Positions 29,510 through 38,160 of a stretch of 64,000 bases of DNA are shown here, piece by piece. The translations under genes and the position numbers were made by a program. Location of the stretch: NCBI GenBank assembly GCA_002495025.1, contig DADP01000025.1:6212-70211 (forward strand), in the 5' to 3' direction. How positions within the stretch are numbered: the stretch's first letter is position 1; each line of letters opens with the position of its first letter. Source of the DNA: Desulfurococcaceae archaeon UBA285. Lineage in GTDB: Archaea; Thermoproteota; Thermoprotei_A; Sulfolobales; Desulfurococcaceae. Below the pieces are notes generated by a model that made no database searches, was not told where the DNA came from, and saw only the letters and a list, made by a program, of their open reading frames with translations.

Positions 29510-30766
29510 ATGTATCATGGTGTAATCATGAGCGAAATAGTATTCCAGATTAAACTAGGAAAGAGGCCAATACTCCTCTTAATAGCTGCTATTGTAGGAC
29601 TAATAGTTGGCATTATTGTAGGCGAACCCGTTAAAAACATTGCCATTCTTGGAGACATCTATGTATCCCTATTGAAGTTTATTGTAGGACCACTAGTATT
29701 CCTCTGTATTACATGGGCTGTAATGAATATGGGAGATCTTGTCAAGTTAGGCAAGATCTTTATGGGATTCATACCCTACTGGCTTCTCATGGGGTTGATT
29801 GCATCGGGAACAGCTTACATGATAGGCGTAATGATTAAACCAGGTGAAGGAGTTACACTACCAGGCGGTCAGGCAGTAACTCCTGCAAAACTAACAATAG
29901 CAGACTACGTAAAGAACATTATTCCATCCAACTTCATAGATATGTTTCTAAATCTTAAAATGCTTCAAATAATCTTCACAGCTATACTACTTGGAATAGC
30001 TATTGGCTTAATAGGAAGAACTACGCCACAAGTTAAAGACTTCTTAACGAGGTTGATTGAGTCATTACTAGCAGTGGTTTACAAACTACTAGACTTCATT
30101 CTATGGTACGGTCCAATAGGTGTATTTGCATTAATGGCTAATGTAGCAGCAGTTGTAGGCGTTATTGCCGTTGGAGCTTTTGCCAAGTTAGTACTAGCTT
30201 TCTATGTAAGCGGCTTTCTCGTTCTCCTAGTATTCCAGCCTCTAGTAATGCTACTAGTTGCCAGAGTAAACCCATTAAAGTTCTGGAAGAAGTTCTATCC
30301 AGCAATGATTACAGCGTTCTCTACTGCAAGTAGTAATGCAACACTACCTGTAACAATAGACTGTGCTCTAAGAGCAGGTATCTCGAGAGATGTAGCCACA
30401 GTACTTCTGCCCGTGGCCGCCACAATAAACATGCAAGGTGCTTGTGCAACCATTACATTGTTTACATTATTTGCTTTCCAGGCGCTTGGAATACCATTAG
30501 GATTTGCCGAGATACTGGGATTAGTAACTCTAGGTTTTCTAGGAGCTACAGCTGCAGCAGGAGTTCCCGGTGGAGCAGCAATAGTAGCAGTAGCAACAGC
30601 AGCTGCACTCGGCATACCCATTGAAGCAGCTGGTTGGATGGTTGGAGTTCACCCAGCTGTAGATCCATTTGAAACAATGTTAAATGTAATAGGAGACCCA
30701 CTAGGCGCTCTCATAGTATCTAAATATGTTACCAAAGACTTCAATGAAGAACTATGGAGGAAATAG
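29510..30766 (+). CDS. dicarboxylate/amino acid:cation symporter (DAACS, GltP/GltPh family), atypical motifs
   Basis: SSNATLP (HP1 serine motif) and AAGVPGGA (HP2). The NMDGT motif reads NMQGA, and NVIGD is preceded by ETML. Confidence 0.8.
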   Translation: MYHGVIMSEIVFQIKLGKRPILLLIAAIVGLIVGIIVGEPVKNIAILGDIYVSLLKFIVGPLVFLCITWAVMNMGDLVKLGKIFMGFIPYWLLMGLIASGTAYMIGVMIKPGEGVTLPGGQAVTPAKLTIADYVKNIIPSNFIDMFLNLKMLQIIFTAILLGIAIGLIGRTTPQVKDFLTRLIESLLAVVYKLLDFILWYGPIGVFALMANVAAVVGVIAVGAFAKLVLAFYVSGFLVLLVFQPLVMLLVARVNPLKFWKKFYPAMITAFSTASSNATLPVTIDCALRAGISRDVATVLLPVAATINMQGACATITLFTLFAFQALGIPLGFAEILGLVTLGFLGATAAAGVPGGAAIVAVATAAALGIPIEAAGWMVGVHPAVDPFETMLNVIGDPLGALIVSKYVTKDFNEELWRK

Positions 30767-30781
30767 CCTCTTCTTCCATAC

Positions 30782-30787
30782 TTTTTT
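30782..30787 (+). terminator. oligo-T tract after the DAACS gene
   Basis: TTTTTT lies 16 nt after the stop. Confidence 0.35.
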
Positions 30788-30851
30788 CTCCATAGAATAC
30801 TCCTTTAAACATTCTTATGTGAAGAAAACACTAATTATGTAAATATAAGGG

Positions 30852-32804
30852 ATGAATATGAGTAGGTCGAGACTACTCAGAGTTTTAAAGACTCCTGGAC
30901 TCAACAGCCTACTTGTTTCTCTAGCATCTCTGGTATTAATGATATATGGCGTCATAGTCTACAATCCCATTTTGACTAGGAAAGTCACTTACGACTACTT
31001 CGCCTGGGTGTCAATGCTATTAACTCTACTGGCCACCTACTGGGAGCTTAAGAGATTATGTAGAAAGCCATTCTACTCTACTATTCTACTAGTCTTCGCT
31101 GGCGGGCTCTTCACGGTTTGGGGTAGGATATTAACTATCTATTTCAACAAGACTATTACCATAGGGTTTTTCCACGGTTTAATAGGCGACTACTATACAC
31201 TTCAGGGTTTTGCAAGCTCTCTACTAGTATTACTAGGCTCTTTCATCGTGCTAGTAGCCACCGCTATACATATAGCACTAGGTGAAGTCATAGTGATTAG
31301 AGAAAACCCTGCTTTCTACGATGCCATTAATGCTTTACGCTACTTTCTCCACGTATTAATTCATGTATTCGAGAAGCGTCCAGCCCTGATAGTCATTGTA
31401 GTTGCTTTATTTTCATTTATATTTAGATTTATTCCAGAGCTACACTATTGGCCCTGGCTTATAGGCTGGGATACACCTGAATACGTTGCTCACTTATTAG
31501 ACTTCAAGGAAAGACTCAATCTATTTACTAGTTACTACTGGATGGGTGGTTTAAGAAATACTCCACCACTACTACCCATGTTTCTACTACCATTCACATA
31601 TCTCGTAGACGCTTGGTATATATTTAAATTCTATCCTAGTATAGCATACGCAATTCTTGCTTCTCTCTCAGCACTACTAGCAATGGAGATATATGGAGAA
31701 CGAAAGTGGTGGATTGGATTACTCTCTGGTTTATTAACAACAACCTATGTATTAAACCTGAGAATTTCCTGGGACTACCAGAGACAACTACTAGGTTCAA
31801 TTATACTTCTCGCCACTATACTAGTACTTGAAAAATGGAGAGAACCAAAAACGTTTAAACAAGTATTGACTACAATACTTCTTTTAACAGCGTGTGGTTT
31901 AAGCCATGAAGTTACGGGTTTTACAGGCTTTGTAATATCTCTAATACTATTATACTATGGTTTGAAAAACAAGAGTGGACCTACTTCTATAGCTGGCTTG
32001 ATAGGTCTAATTGTAAATACAGTATTAGAAATCTGGTATTGGAGAAAACCCTATAGCTTTGTAAGCACTGTTGGTGTTCTGCCACCGGGACTCGTAGCTA
32101 GTTATGAAGGAGACCAAGCACTCTCGTACCTAGTAGCGGGTTATGGCCTTATTCTACCATTAGCTTTAATAGCTATGTCTAAGAGTAGAGCTAGATACAC
32201 CACTATAGTTACCGTAGCCTTACTAGTAGCTGGTATCTCTCCAATGATAGCACCATTTTCAAGTGTTACAACCTGGTATAGATTTCTAATCGGCGCTGCT
32301 CCATTAACTACTACACTAGCAACTATAGGATTAATTAGAGCAACTAGTGATTGGAGGGTGTTAGCGGCTTATTTATTAATTGCTTCACTACCAGGTCTTT
32401 CATTCGCGTATGGTTACAATTGGTTTAATACCTATCATAGATCTCTGAGAGAATTTCCGTCACGGCTAGAGCCATCACCAATCTACATAGAAGACTACGA
32501 GTTCTTTAAAAACAATCGAGACTTAGTAGAAAACACTGTAATAATAGCTGAACCCAACCACGCAAGATATGTCCACCTAGCTATTAGAAACCCCGATCCC
32601 ACAAGGTTTATATGGATTTGGACCCCACTAGACTTAACCAATGAGACAATATGCAGTATTATCGAGAAATCAAGTGTAGAAGTAGTTATCATAGTAGGAT
32701 ACCATATTGACACAAATACAACTCGATACCAATGCCTCGAAGAAATAAAACCACTAAGTGAAGGACCACGCTGGATATACGTTGGAGTAACCAAGAAACA
32801 CTAA
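30852..32804 (+). CDS. large polytopic membrane protein with C-terminal soluble domain (possible GT-C-type glycosyltransferase)
   Basis: At least 12 hydrophobic helices over about 520 aa, then a roughly 120-aa soluble tail. Assignment to GT-C is an inference from architecture only. Confidence 0.35.
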   Translation: MNMSRSRLLRVLKTPGLNSLLVSLASLVLMIYGVIVYNPILTRKVTYDYFAWVSMLLTLLATYWELKRLCRKPFYSTILLVFAGGLFTVWGRILTIYFNKTITIGFFHGLIGDYYTLQGFASSLLVLLGSFIVLVATAIHIALGEVIVIRENPAFYDAINALRYFLHVLIHVFEKRPALIVIVVALFSFIFRFIPELHYWPWLIGWDTPEYVAHLLDFKERLNLFTSYYWMGGLRNTPPLLPMFLLPFTYLVDAWYIFKFYPSIAYAILASLSALLAMEIYGERKWWIGLLSGLLTTTYVLNLRISWDYQRQLLGSIILLATILVLEKWREPKTFKQVLTTILLLTACGLSHEVTGFTGFVISLILLYYGLKNKSGPTSIAGLIGLIVNTVLEIWYWRKPYSFVSTVGVLPPGLVASYEGDQALSYLVAGYGLILPLALIAMSKSRARYTTIVTVALLVAGISPMIAPFSSVTTWYRFLIGAAPLTTTLATIGLIRATSDWRVLAAYLLIASLPGLSFAYGYNWFNTYHRSLREFPSRLEPSPIYIEDYEFFKNNRDLVENTVIIAEPNHARYVHLAIRNPDPTRFIWIWTPLDLTNETICSIIEKSSVEVVIIVGYHIDTNTTRYQCLEEIKPLSEGPRWIYVGVTKKH

Positions 32805-32825
32805 TTTCCAGCAAGAAGTTTAAAA

Positions 32826-33032
32826 CTATTGTACTCTGAACTCCAACTTCTTGATTTTCAATACGAGACCCACTCCTTCTTCATCGGGTTCTGGTGCGTC
32901 GATATCAGCTAGTACAACAACACTTCTATATCCACCAGCAGTTTTTACAGGTGGTGATATACGTATTGTATCACCATCCATAACCTCTGTGACCACTACT
33001 CTAGCGTGTGGAAAGTCGTCGTGTATTCCCAC
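32826..33032 (-). CDS. 68-aa ORF resembling the N-terminal third of a staphylococcal-nuclease (SNase/thermonuclease) domain
   Basis: VTEVMDGDTIRISPP...VVVLADIDAPEPDEEG matches the DGDT...(R)L.GIDAPE signature. The rest of the domain is missing and there is no room for it downstream. Confidence 0.35.
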   Translation of the reverse strand: MGIHDDFPHARVVVTEVMDGDTIRISPPVKTAGGYRSVVVLADIDAPEPDEEGVGLVLKIKKLEFRVQ

Positions 33033-33202
33033 TCTACTGTTTGATGAGTATACTAGTGAGTATAGGGTAGTAGTATTAATAGTGCTATAAATATCCTTCT
33101 ATTCATATAGTACACTTGGTGATTATAATTAATAATACATTGTTGAAGGGATATAAAGACTCATATTTCTTATGGGGCTACAAGAGAAAACTATGTTATG
33201 TA

Positions 33203-34300
33203 TTAAATTGGACAATATGAGGATTTATAGTGGTATGGACAGTGTGAGCAGTTTGGTTTGTTTCCCCAGCAATCAGTATCTGTGCTTAGTGTGTAGCTAC
33301 AGTATTTTACTAGTTCACAGTCTATACATGATGGCATGTAGTTAAAGAACAACTTAAAGTAGAGGTCTTTGTTCCGCCTCCATACATCTATTATTTTTTC
33401 TCTTAATGCATCTCCAATAATGTACTCCTGAATTCTCCTTTTTACTCCATTGTAGATCGTAGTCCACGAGTAGGCCATGTATATACATGGTGTTATTTTT
33501 CCATCACTTCTAATAAACAATGCTTTGTTGAATGCAAATGGACACTGCCTTGAAGTATATGACGAGGTATTTGGAGACCATATTTTAACAGGCATATTGA
33601 TTGCTCTAACAGCTATTTTCTCTAGTTGTTTTCTAAGTATACTCAGACACTCACTGCTCTCGCATTCAATACCTCGAGCTCCACCCTCGTAGGGGATGTA
33701 GAGGCTTAAATATACTTCTTGTATACCTGCTTCTACAGCGTAGTCTAGAATTTTCTCTATACTACCAACATTTAACTTGTTTATAGTGTATATGGTTTTC
33801 ACGAGTGGTTTTCTAGAGCCATTTTTCTCCTTGTATTCAAAGAGTGTTTTTAAACCCTGTGATACTATTGATAGATCTCCTAGTCGACGGATCTTCTCGT
33901 ATAATTCAATATCTACTGCATCAATACTCACATATAACTCGTCTACTCCTACCTCGACGATATCACTAGCTATTTCTCTGAGTAGAAACCCATTAGTGTT
34001 TAATACAGTGTATAAACCGTGTTTCTTTGCGTACTCCAACATGTCTAGAATGAACGGGTTTATTGTTGGCTCGCCCCAACCAGTAAACACTATTTTCTTT
34101 ACACCAGACTCTACAGCGTTATCTACTATTTTCTTGTAGGACTCAAAATCTAGATCTCTATATTCAAAGCCCTGTACAGCATATCGAAAACAATGTATAC
34201 ACTGTAGATTACACCTAGTAGATACTTCTAAAACTATTTCTCTTGGTTTAAAAGACTCTGTATAAGTTATAATCCAGTCTCCAATTCTCAGAGTACTCAA
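33203..34300 (-). CDS. cmo: radical SAM / SPASM-like protein, Cmo-like (AOR cofactor-modification protein homologue)
   Basis: CNLQCIHCF (CxxxCxxC) and a Cys-rich C-terminus (CIDCELVKYC...CWGNKPNCSHCPY). Lies immediately downstream of the AOR gene, as cmo does in Pyrococcus furiosus. Confidence 0.55.
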   Translation of the reverse strand: MSTLRIGDWIITYTESFKPREIVLEVSTRCNLQCIHCFRYAVQGFEYRDLDFESYKKIVDNAVESGVKKIVFTGWGEPTINPFILDMLEYAKKHGLYTVLNTNGFLLREIASDIVEVGVDELYVSIDAVDIELYEKIRRLGDLSIVSQGLKTLFEYKEKNGSRKPLVKTIYTINKLNVGSIEKILDYAVEAGIQEVYLSLYIPYEGGARGIECESSECLSILRKQLEKIAVRAINMPVKIWSPNTSSYTSRQCPFAFNKALFIRSDGKITPCIYMAYSWTTIYNGVKRRIQEYIIGDALREKIIDVWRRNKDLYFKLFFNYMPSCIDCELVKYCSYTLSTDTDCWGNKPNCSHCPYHYKSSYCPI

Positions 34301-34353
34301 TGTATAAACCTCTAATACTAGTGTGTAGAATGTAGGAGAAAAGGAAAAAATAT

Positions 34354-36231
34354 TTACCCTGGAAGTAGTCCTTCTTCTTCTAGTCTATCAGCCAGCCAGT
34401 TCAAACCTAGTTCTTCGAGTTTAGCCCGTGTTGGACGGCCCTTGATCCAGCCTCTTGCCTCATAGTATTCTGGTAGCATTTCTTTTAGTCTTACAACGTG
34501 TCCTTTAGCTGGGCCTTCTGGCATTGGTTCTTCGAGTAGCCTCTTTGGCAGGGTATCGTATTCTTCGCCGTCTCCAAATGATAATACATTGAATGCTCTC
34601 TCAGCATTGTATATTCTCTCTCCAATCTTGTAGAATTCCTCGGGTGTTATATTCCAGCCTGTAACAGCCGATACCTGTTCTGCTAGTACGTCGACATAGT
34701 ATGCAAACGTGACGAATTTACAGACAATCATACTGTCTATTGTTGCAAACGCGTCTTGCATTTCTTTGACTAGTCTACCCTTACCCTTTGTCTCGAATCT
34801 ATCTGCTTTAACAGGTATTCCAAGTACCTCGGGCGATATAAGATATGCTCTCAAGTGGCATCCACCACGATTGCTTGTCGCGTATGCTAGGCCGTGTCCT
34901 TGTACACCGCGTGGATCGTATGCTGGTAGCTCCTGTCCTCTTACAACCATTGCTAGTTCTGGAGCACCATACTTGGTTGCCAGTCTCAGTGCTCCCTCTG
35001 CGAGGTCGTCTCCAATACCAGATCTATATGCTGTCCTCCAGACTAGCTCGACTAGTACTTCTCCATTACCCCACTCTGCTTTCAGCCCCCTCAGCTTCTC
35101 GGGTGGAATCTTGCCTTTTTCAACGAGTTCTAGAAATGTACCTATTACATGACCCATTGTAATAGTGTCTAATCCAAGCTCGTTGCACAAGTAGTTTGCT
35201 TTGGATACTGCCGCTAAATCTGATGTACCTGTTTGAGCGCCGAGAGCCCATACTGTCTCGTATTCTGGTCCACCACCCTCTCCTGTAAACGGTGGCTTGT
35301 TTATTCTTGTATATCTTGCACAGCCTATTGGGCAACCCCAGCATATTTCCTCTCTATACTTCTCCCAATCCATGATTTCTCTAGCTATGGTTTCACCACT
35401 TATCTTCTCTGCCTCGGTGAATACACCTGTTTGGAAGTTGCGTGTTGGGAATATACCGTGTGCATTGATAATGTTTACGAGAACGGCTGTTCCATATTTT
35501 GGTAGGCCCTCGCTTGTAACAGGTGATTTCTTAATTAAATCCATTGATTTAATAACTGTTTCCTTGAATACTTCTTCTTTCGCTATTGGCGGCTTCATGT
35601 GTCCTCTAACAGCTATTGCCTTGAAGTTCTTGCTACCCCATACAGCGCCGTGTCCTCCTCTACCAGCAGCTCTACTCTTATCGTTTATAATATTGGCGAA
35701 TTTAACTAGTCTCTCGCCAGCTGGTCCAATACACGCTACTTTAATGTGTTTAGCGTCATCTCTACCAATTACAGGCGTCATCTCCTCAATAATTCCATCC
35801 GTGGTGGCATGAGTGTCTTTACCCCATAAGTGCCTAGCATCTCTCAATTCTGCTTTTCCATCGTGTATCCAGAGGTAGACTGGTTTCTCAGCTTTACCCT
35901 CTATTATAACGAGGTCGAAACCGGCTACTTTTAGTTCAGGGCCGAATTTACCACCGCTCTGTGCATCGTGAATTGTATTAGTTAATGGCGACTTAGTAAC
36001 CGAACACCACCTACCACTAGCTGGAATACCAGCAACGCCCGTGATGGGGCCTGTAGCCACTATTGCCTTGTTTTCGGGGCTTAACGGGTCTACTCTTGGA
36101 TTAACTTCTTTCAACATATAGTATACTCCTAGTCCACGCCCACCAAGCCACATCCGTAGAATGTTTTCTGGTGGAAGGGGTTCAATATATACTTTTTCTT
36201 TCCAAAGATCTACGCGTAGGACTCTACCCAT
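34354..36231 (-). CDS. aor: tungsten-type aldehyde:ferredoxin oxidoreductase family enzyme
   Basis: GRVLRVDL N-terminus, RAAGRGGHGAVWGSKN, the cluster region EEICWGCPIGCAR, and an AOR-family size of about 625 aa. GGAGG lies 5 nt upstream of ATG 36231 (track ORF starts at 36246). Confidence 0.85.
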   Translation of the reverse strand: MGRVLRVDLWKEKVYIEPLPPENILRMWLGGRGLGVYYMLKEVNPRVDPLSPENKAIVATGPITGVAGIPASGRWCSVTKSPLTNTIHDAQSGGKFGPELKVAGFDLVIIEGKAEKPVYLWIHDGKAELRDARHLWGKDTHATTDGIIEEMTPVIGRDDAKHIKVACIGPAGERLVKFANIINDKSRAAGRGGHGAVWGSKNFKAIAVRGHMKPPIAKEEVFKETVIKSMDLIKKSPVTSEGLPKYGTAVLVNIINAHGIFPTRNFQTGVFTEAEKISGETIAREIMDWEKYREEICWGCPIGCARYTRINKPPFTGEGGGPEYETVWALGAQTGTSDLAAVSKANYLCNELGLDTITMGHVIGTFLELVEKGKIPPEKLRGLKAEWGNGEVLVELVWRTAYRSGIGDDLAEGALRLATKYGAPELAMVVRGQELPAYDPRGVQGHGLAYATSNRGGCHLRAYLISPEVLGIPVKADRFETKGKGRLVKEMQDAFATIDSMIVCKFVTFAYYVDVLAEQVSAVTGWNITPEEFYKIGERIYNAERAFNVLSFGDGEEYDTLPKRLLEEPMPEGPAKGHVVRLKEMLPEYYEARGWIKGRPTRAKLEELGLNWLADRLEEEGLLPG

Positions 36232-36264
36232 ATATCCTCCAGGCATTGGTTAAGACACCTTTCC

Positions 36265-36318
36265 GGGATAAATATGTCTTTAAAGTTTATAAATATTGCT
36301 ACAATTGTGGGATAAATA
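36265..36318. repeat. exact 10-bp direct repeat GGGATAAATA (36265-36274 and 36309-36318) in the aor/moaD divergent promoter region
   Basis: Read directly. The first copy lies 19-28 nt upstream of the upstream candidate aor start (36246; 34-43 nt upstream of the annotated ATG 36231), and the second lies 53-62 nt upstream of the moaD-like ATG. Confidence 0.4.
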
Positions 36319-36370
36319 GGTATAATGATTAAAATAAACAATACAAATATATACATTGGGTTAGAGAGAT

Positions 36371-36607
36371 ATGAAATACGTCAAAGTAAGATTTGTTTCA
36401 ACATTTGCCGAGAAAATGGGGAAAGAGAGGATTTACGAGTTAAATGATGATGCTACAATAGAAGACCTTGTAGAGATAATATCACGTGAACTCGAAGAAG
36501 TAAAAACAAAGGGTATAGTATACGTTAACTATAGGTTTCCACGGGAAAAACAAGTATTGAATAATGGAGATGAAGTACTCGTAATGCCCTTATATGCAGG
36601 TGGCTGA
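36371..36607 (+). CDS. moaD: MoaD/ThiS-family beta-grasp protein ending in Gly-Gly (sulfur carrier or SAMP-like)
   Basis: 78 aa with C-terminus ...VMPLYAGG followed by a stop. Divergent from aor. Confidence 0.7.
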   Translation: MKYVKVRFVSTFAEKMGKERIYELNDDATIEDLVEIISRELEEVKTKGIVYVNYRFPREKQVLNNGDEVLVMPLYAGG

Positions 36608-36645
36608 CATTCCTTTAAGAGTAGTTGAGAAAAATAGTGGGAGTA

Positions 36646-38103
36646 TTAGCCTTTCACTACTCCTATTGGTATGAGTCTCACGACTGGTTTAGCTATTTTG
36701 ACTTTCTCGGCTACTAGTACTACGCGGTCTACGTCTTTATATGCTTCGGGTGCCTCCTCGCTTATAACTCTCCTAGTTGCAGCTCTTAATACTACTCCCT
36801 TACTACTCAATTCCTCTATTACTTTTTCTGGTGGTTGTGTTCTAATAGCATCTCCTCTACTCAGCCATCTACCAGCACCGTGTGGTGCACTATACCATGT
36901 TCTAGCACCATGTGGTGTTCCAACTAGTATATAGCTCGCTGTACCCATACTACCAGGTATTAATACTGGTTGCCCTATACTCGAATAATCACTTGGTATT
37001 TCAGGGTGTCCTGGTGGGAAGGCTCTTGTAGCTCCTTTACGGTGTACTACTACTTTGTATTTCTCGCCGTTTACAATGTGTTCTTCTATTTTAGCTATGT
37101 TGTGTGCTACATCGTAGATTAACTCCATTCCAAGTGCTTCAGGGTCTTGTCTAAATACTTTTCTAAAGCTCTCTCTAACCCAGTGTGTAATTATTTGTCT
37201 ATTAGTCCAGGCGAAGTTTGCTGCCGCCGCCATTGCAGCAAAGTAGTCTTGTGCTTCGGGGCTCTTAAATGGAAGTGCTGCTAGCTCTCTATCTGGTACA
37301 TTTATACCATATTTCCTCATTGCTCTCTCCATGATTTGCAAGTAGTCGCTTGCTACTTGGTGTCCTAGTCCACGGCTACCAGTGTGAATCATTACTGTTA
37401 TCTGTCCAACATGTGTTATACCCATCACTCTCGCTATTTCAGGGTCATATATTCTATCTACTACTTGTATTTCTAAGAAGTGGTTTCCAGCACCCAGTGT
37501 ACCCAGCTGCTCGTGGCCTCTCTGCTTTGCAACCTTGCTTACTTTATCTGCTCTAGCACCTTTCATTGATCCACGCTCTTCTGTGTGCTCGGCGTCTCTC
37601 TCCCATCCAAAACCGTGTTCAATAGCCCATTTAACACCGTATTCTAATACCTCGTCTAGGTCTTTGAATGAGAGTTTTAATTGACCAGTTGAGCCAACAC
37701 CACTTGGTACATTTCTAAACAATGTATCTACTAGTTCTTTTAGTTTTGGTTTAACATCTTCTACTGATAGATTAGTTCTCAGTACTCTAACACCACAGTT
37801 TATATCGTAGCCAACACCACCAGGACTTATAACGCCTTCCTCGACGTCAAATCCTGCAACTCCACCTATTGGGAAACCGTATCCCTGGTGTCCATCTGGC
37901 ATGACGTAAGAGTATAGTTTAATACCTGGTAGACAGGCGACATTAGCCGCCTGGTCGAGTGTTAAATCACTCTCCATTTTCTCTAGTAGGTATTCATCAG
38001 CAAAGATAATTGCATCGGTATTCATACATGGTTTTGCTCCTTTGGGAATACGCCACTCGTATTCACTAATTCTCTCTAGTTTCAATCTAGCCAAGAGAGT
38101 CAC
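36646..38103 (-). CDS. rtcB: RNA-splicing ligase RtcB
   Basis: GGVGYDINCGVR, HTGSRGLGHQ and SAPHGAGR motifs. 485 aa, GTG start. Confidence 0.93.
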   Translation of the reverse strand: MTLLARLKLERISEYEWRIPKGAKPCMNTDAIIFADEYLLEKMESDLTLDQAANVACLPGIKLYSYVMPDGHQGYGFPIGGVAGFDVEEGVISPGGVGYDINCGVRVLRTNLSVEDVKPKLKELVDTLFRNVPSGVGSTGQLKLSFKDLDEVLEYGVKWAIEHGFGWERDAEHTEERGSMKGARADKVSKVAKQRGHEQLGTLGAGNHFLEIQVVDRIYDPEIARVMGITHVGQITVMIHTGSRGLGHQVASDYLQIMERAMRKYGINVPDRELAALPFKSPEAQDYFAAMAAAANFAWTNRQIITHWVRESFRKVFRQDPEALGMELIYDVAHNIAKIEEHIVNGEKYKVVVHRKGATRAFPPGHPEIPSDYSSIGQPVLIPGSMGTASYILVGTPHGARTWYSAPHGAGRWLSRGDAIRTQPPEKVIEELSSKGVVLRAATRRVISEEAPEAYKDVDRVVLVAEKVKIAKPVVRLIPIGVVKG

Positions 38104-38160
38104 CCGTAAAAGACTCTATATTAGAGAATACTTATTGTGCTTTATAAGATTATAAATGAT

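Noticed and set aside
33041-33090. TTGATGAG followed by a repeated GAGTATA motif in the 170-bp spacer upstream of the SNase-like ORF
   Set aside because: No D box is present. The repeats are short (7 nt), which is expected by chance in AT-rich DNA.
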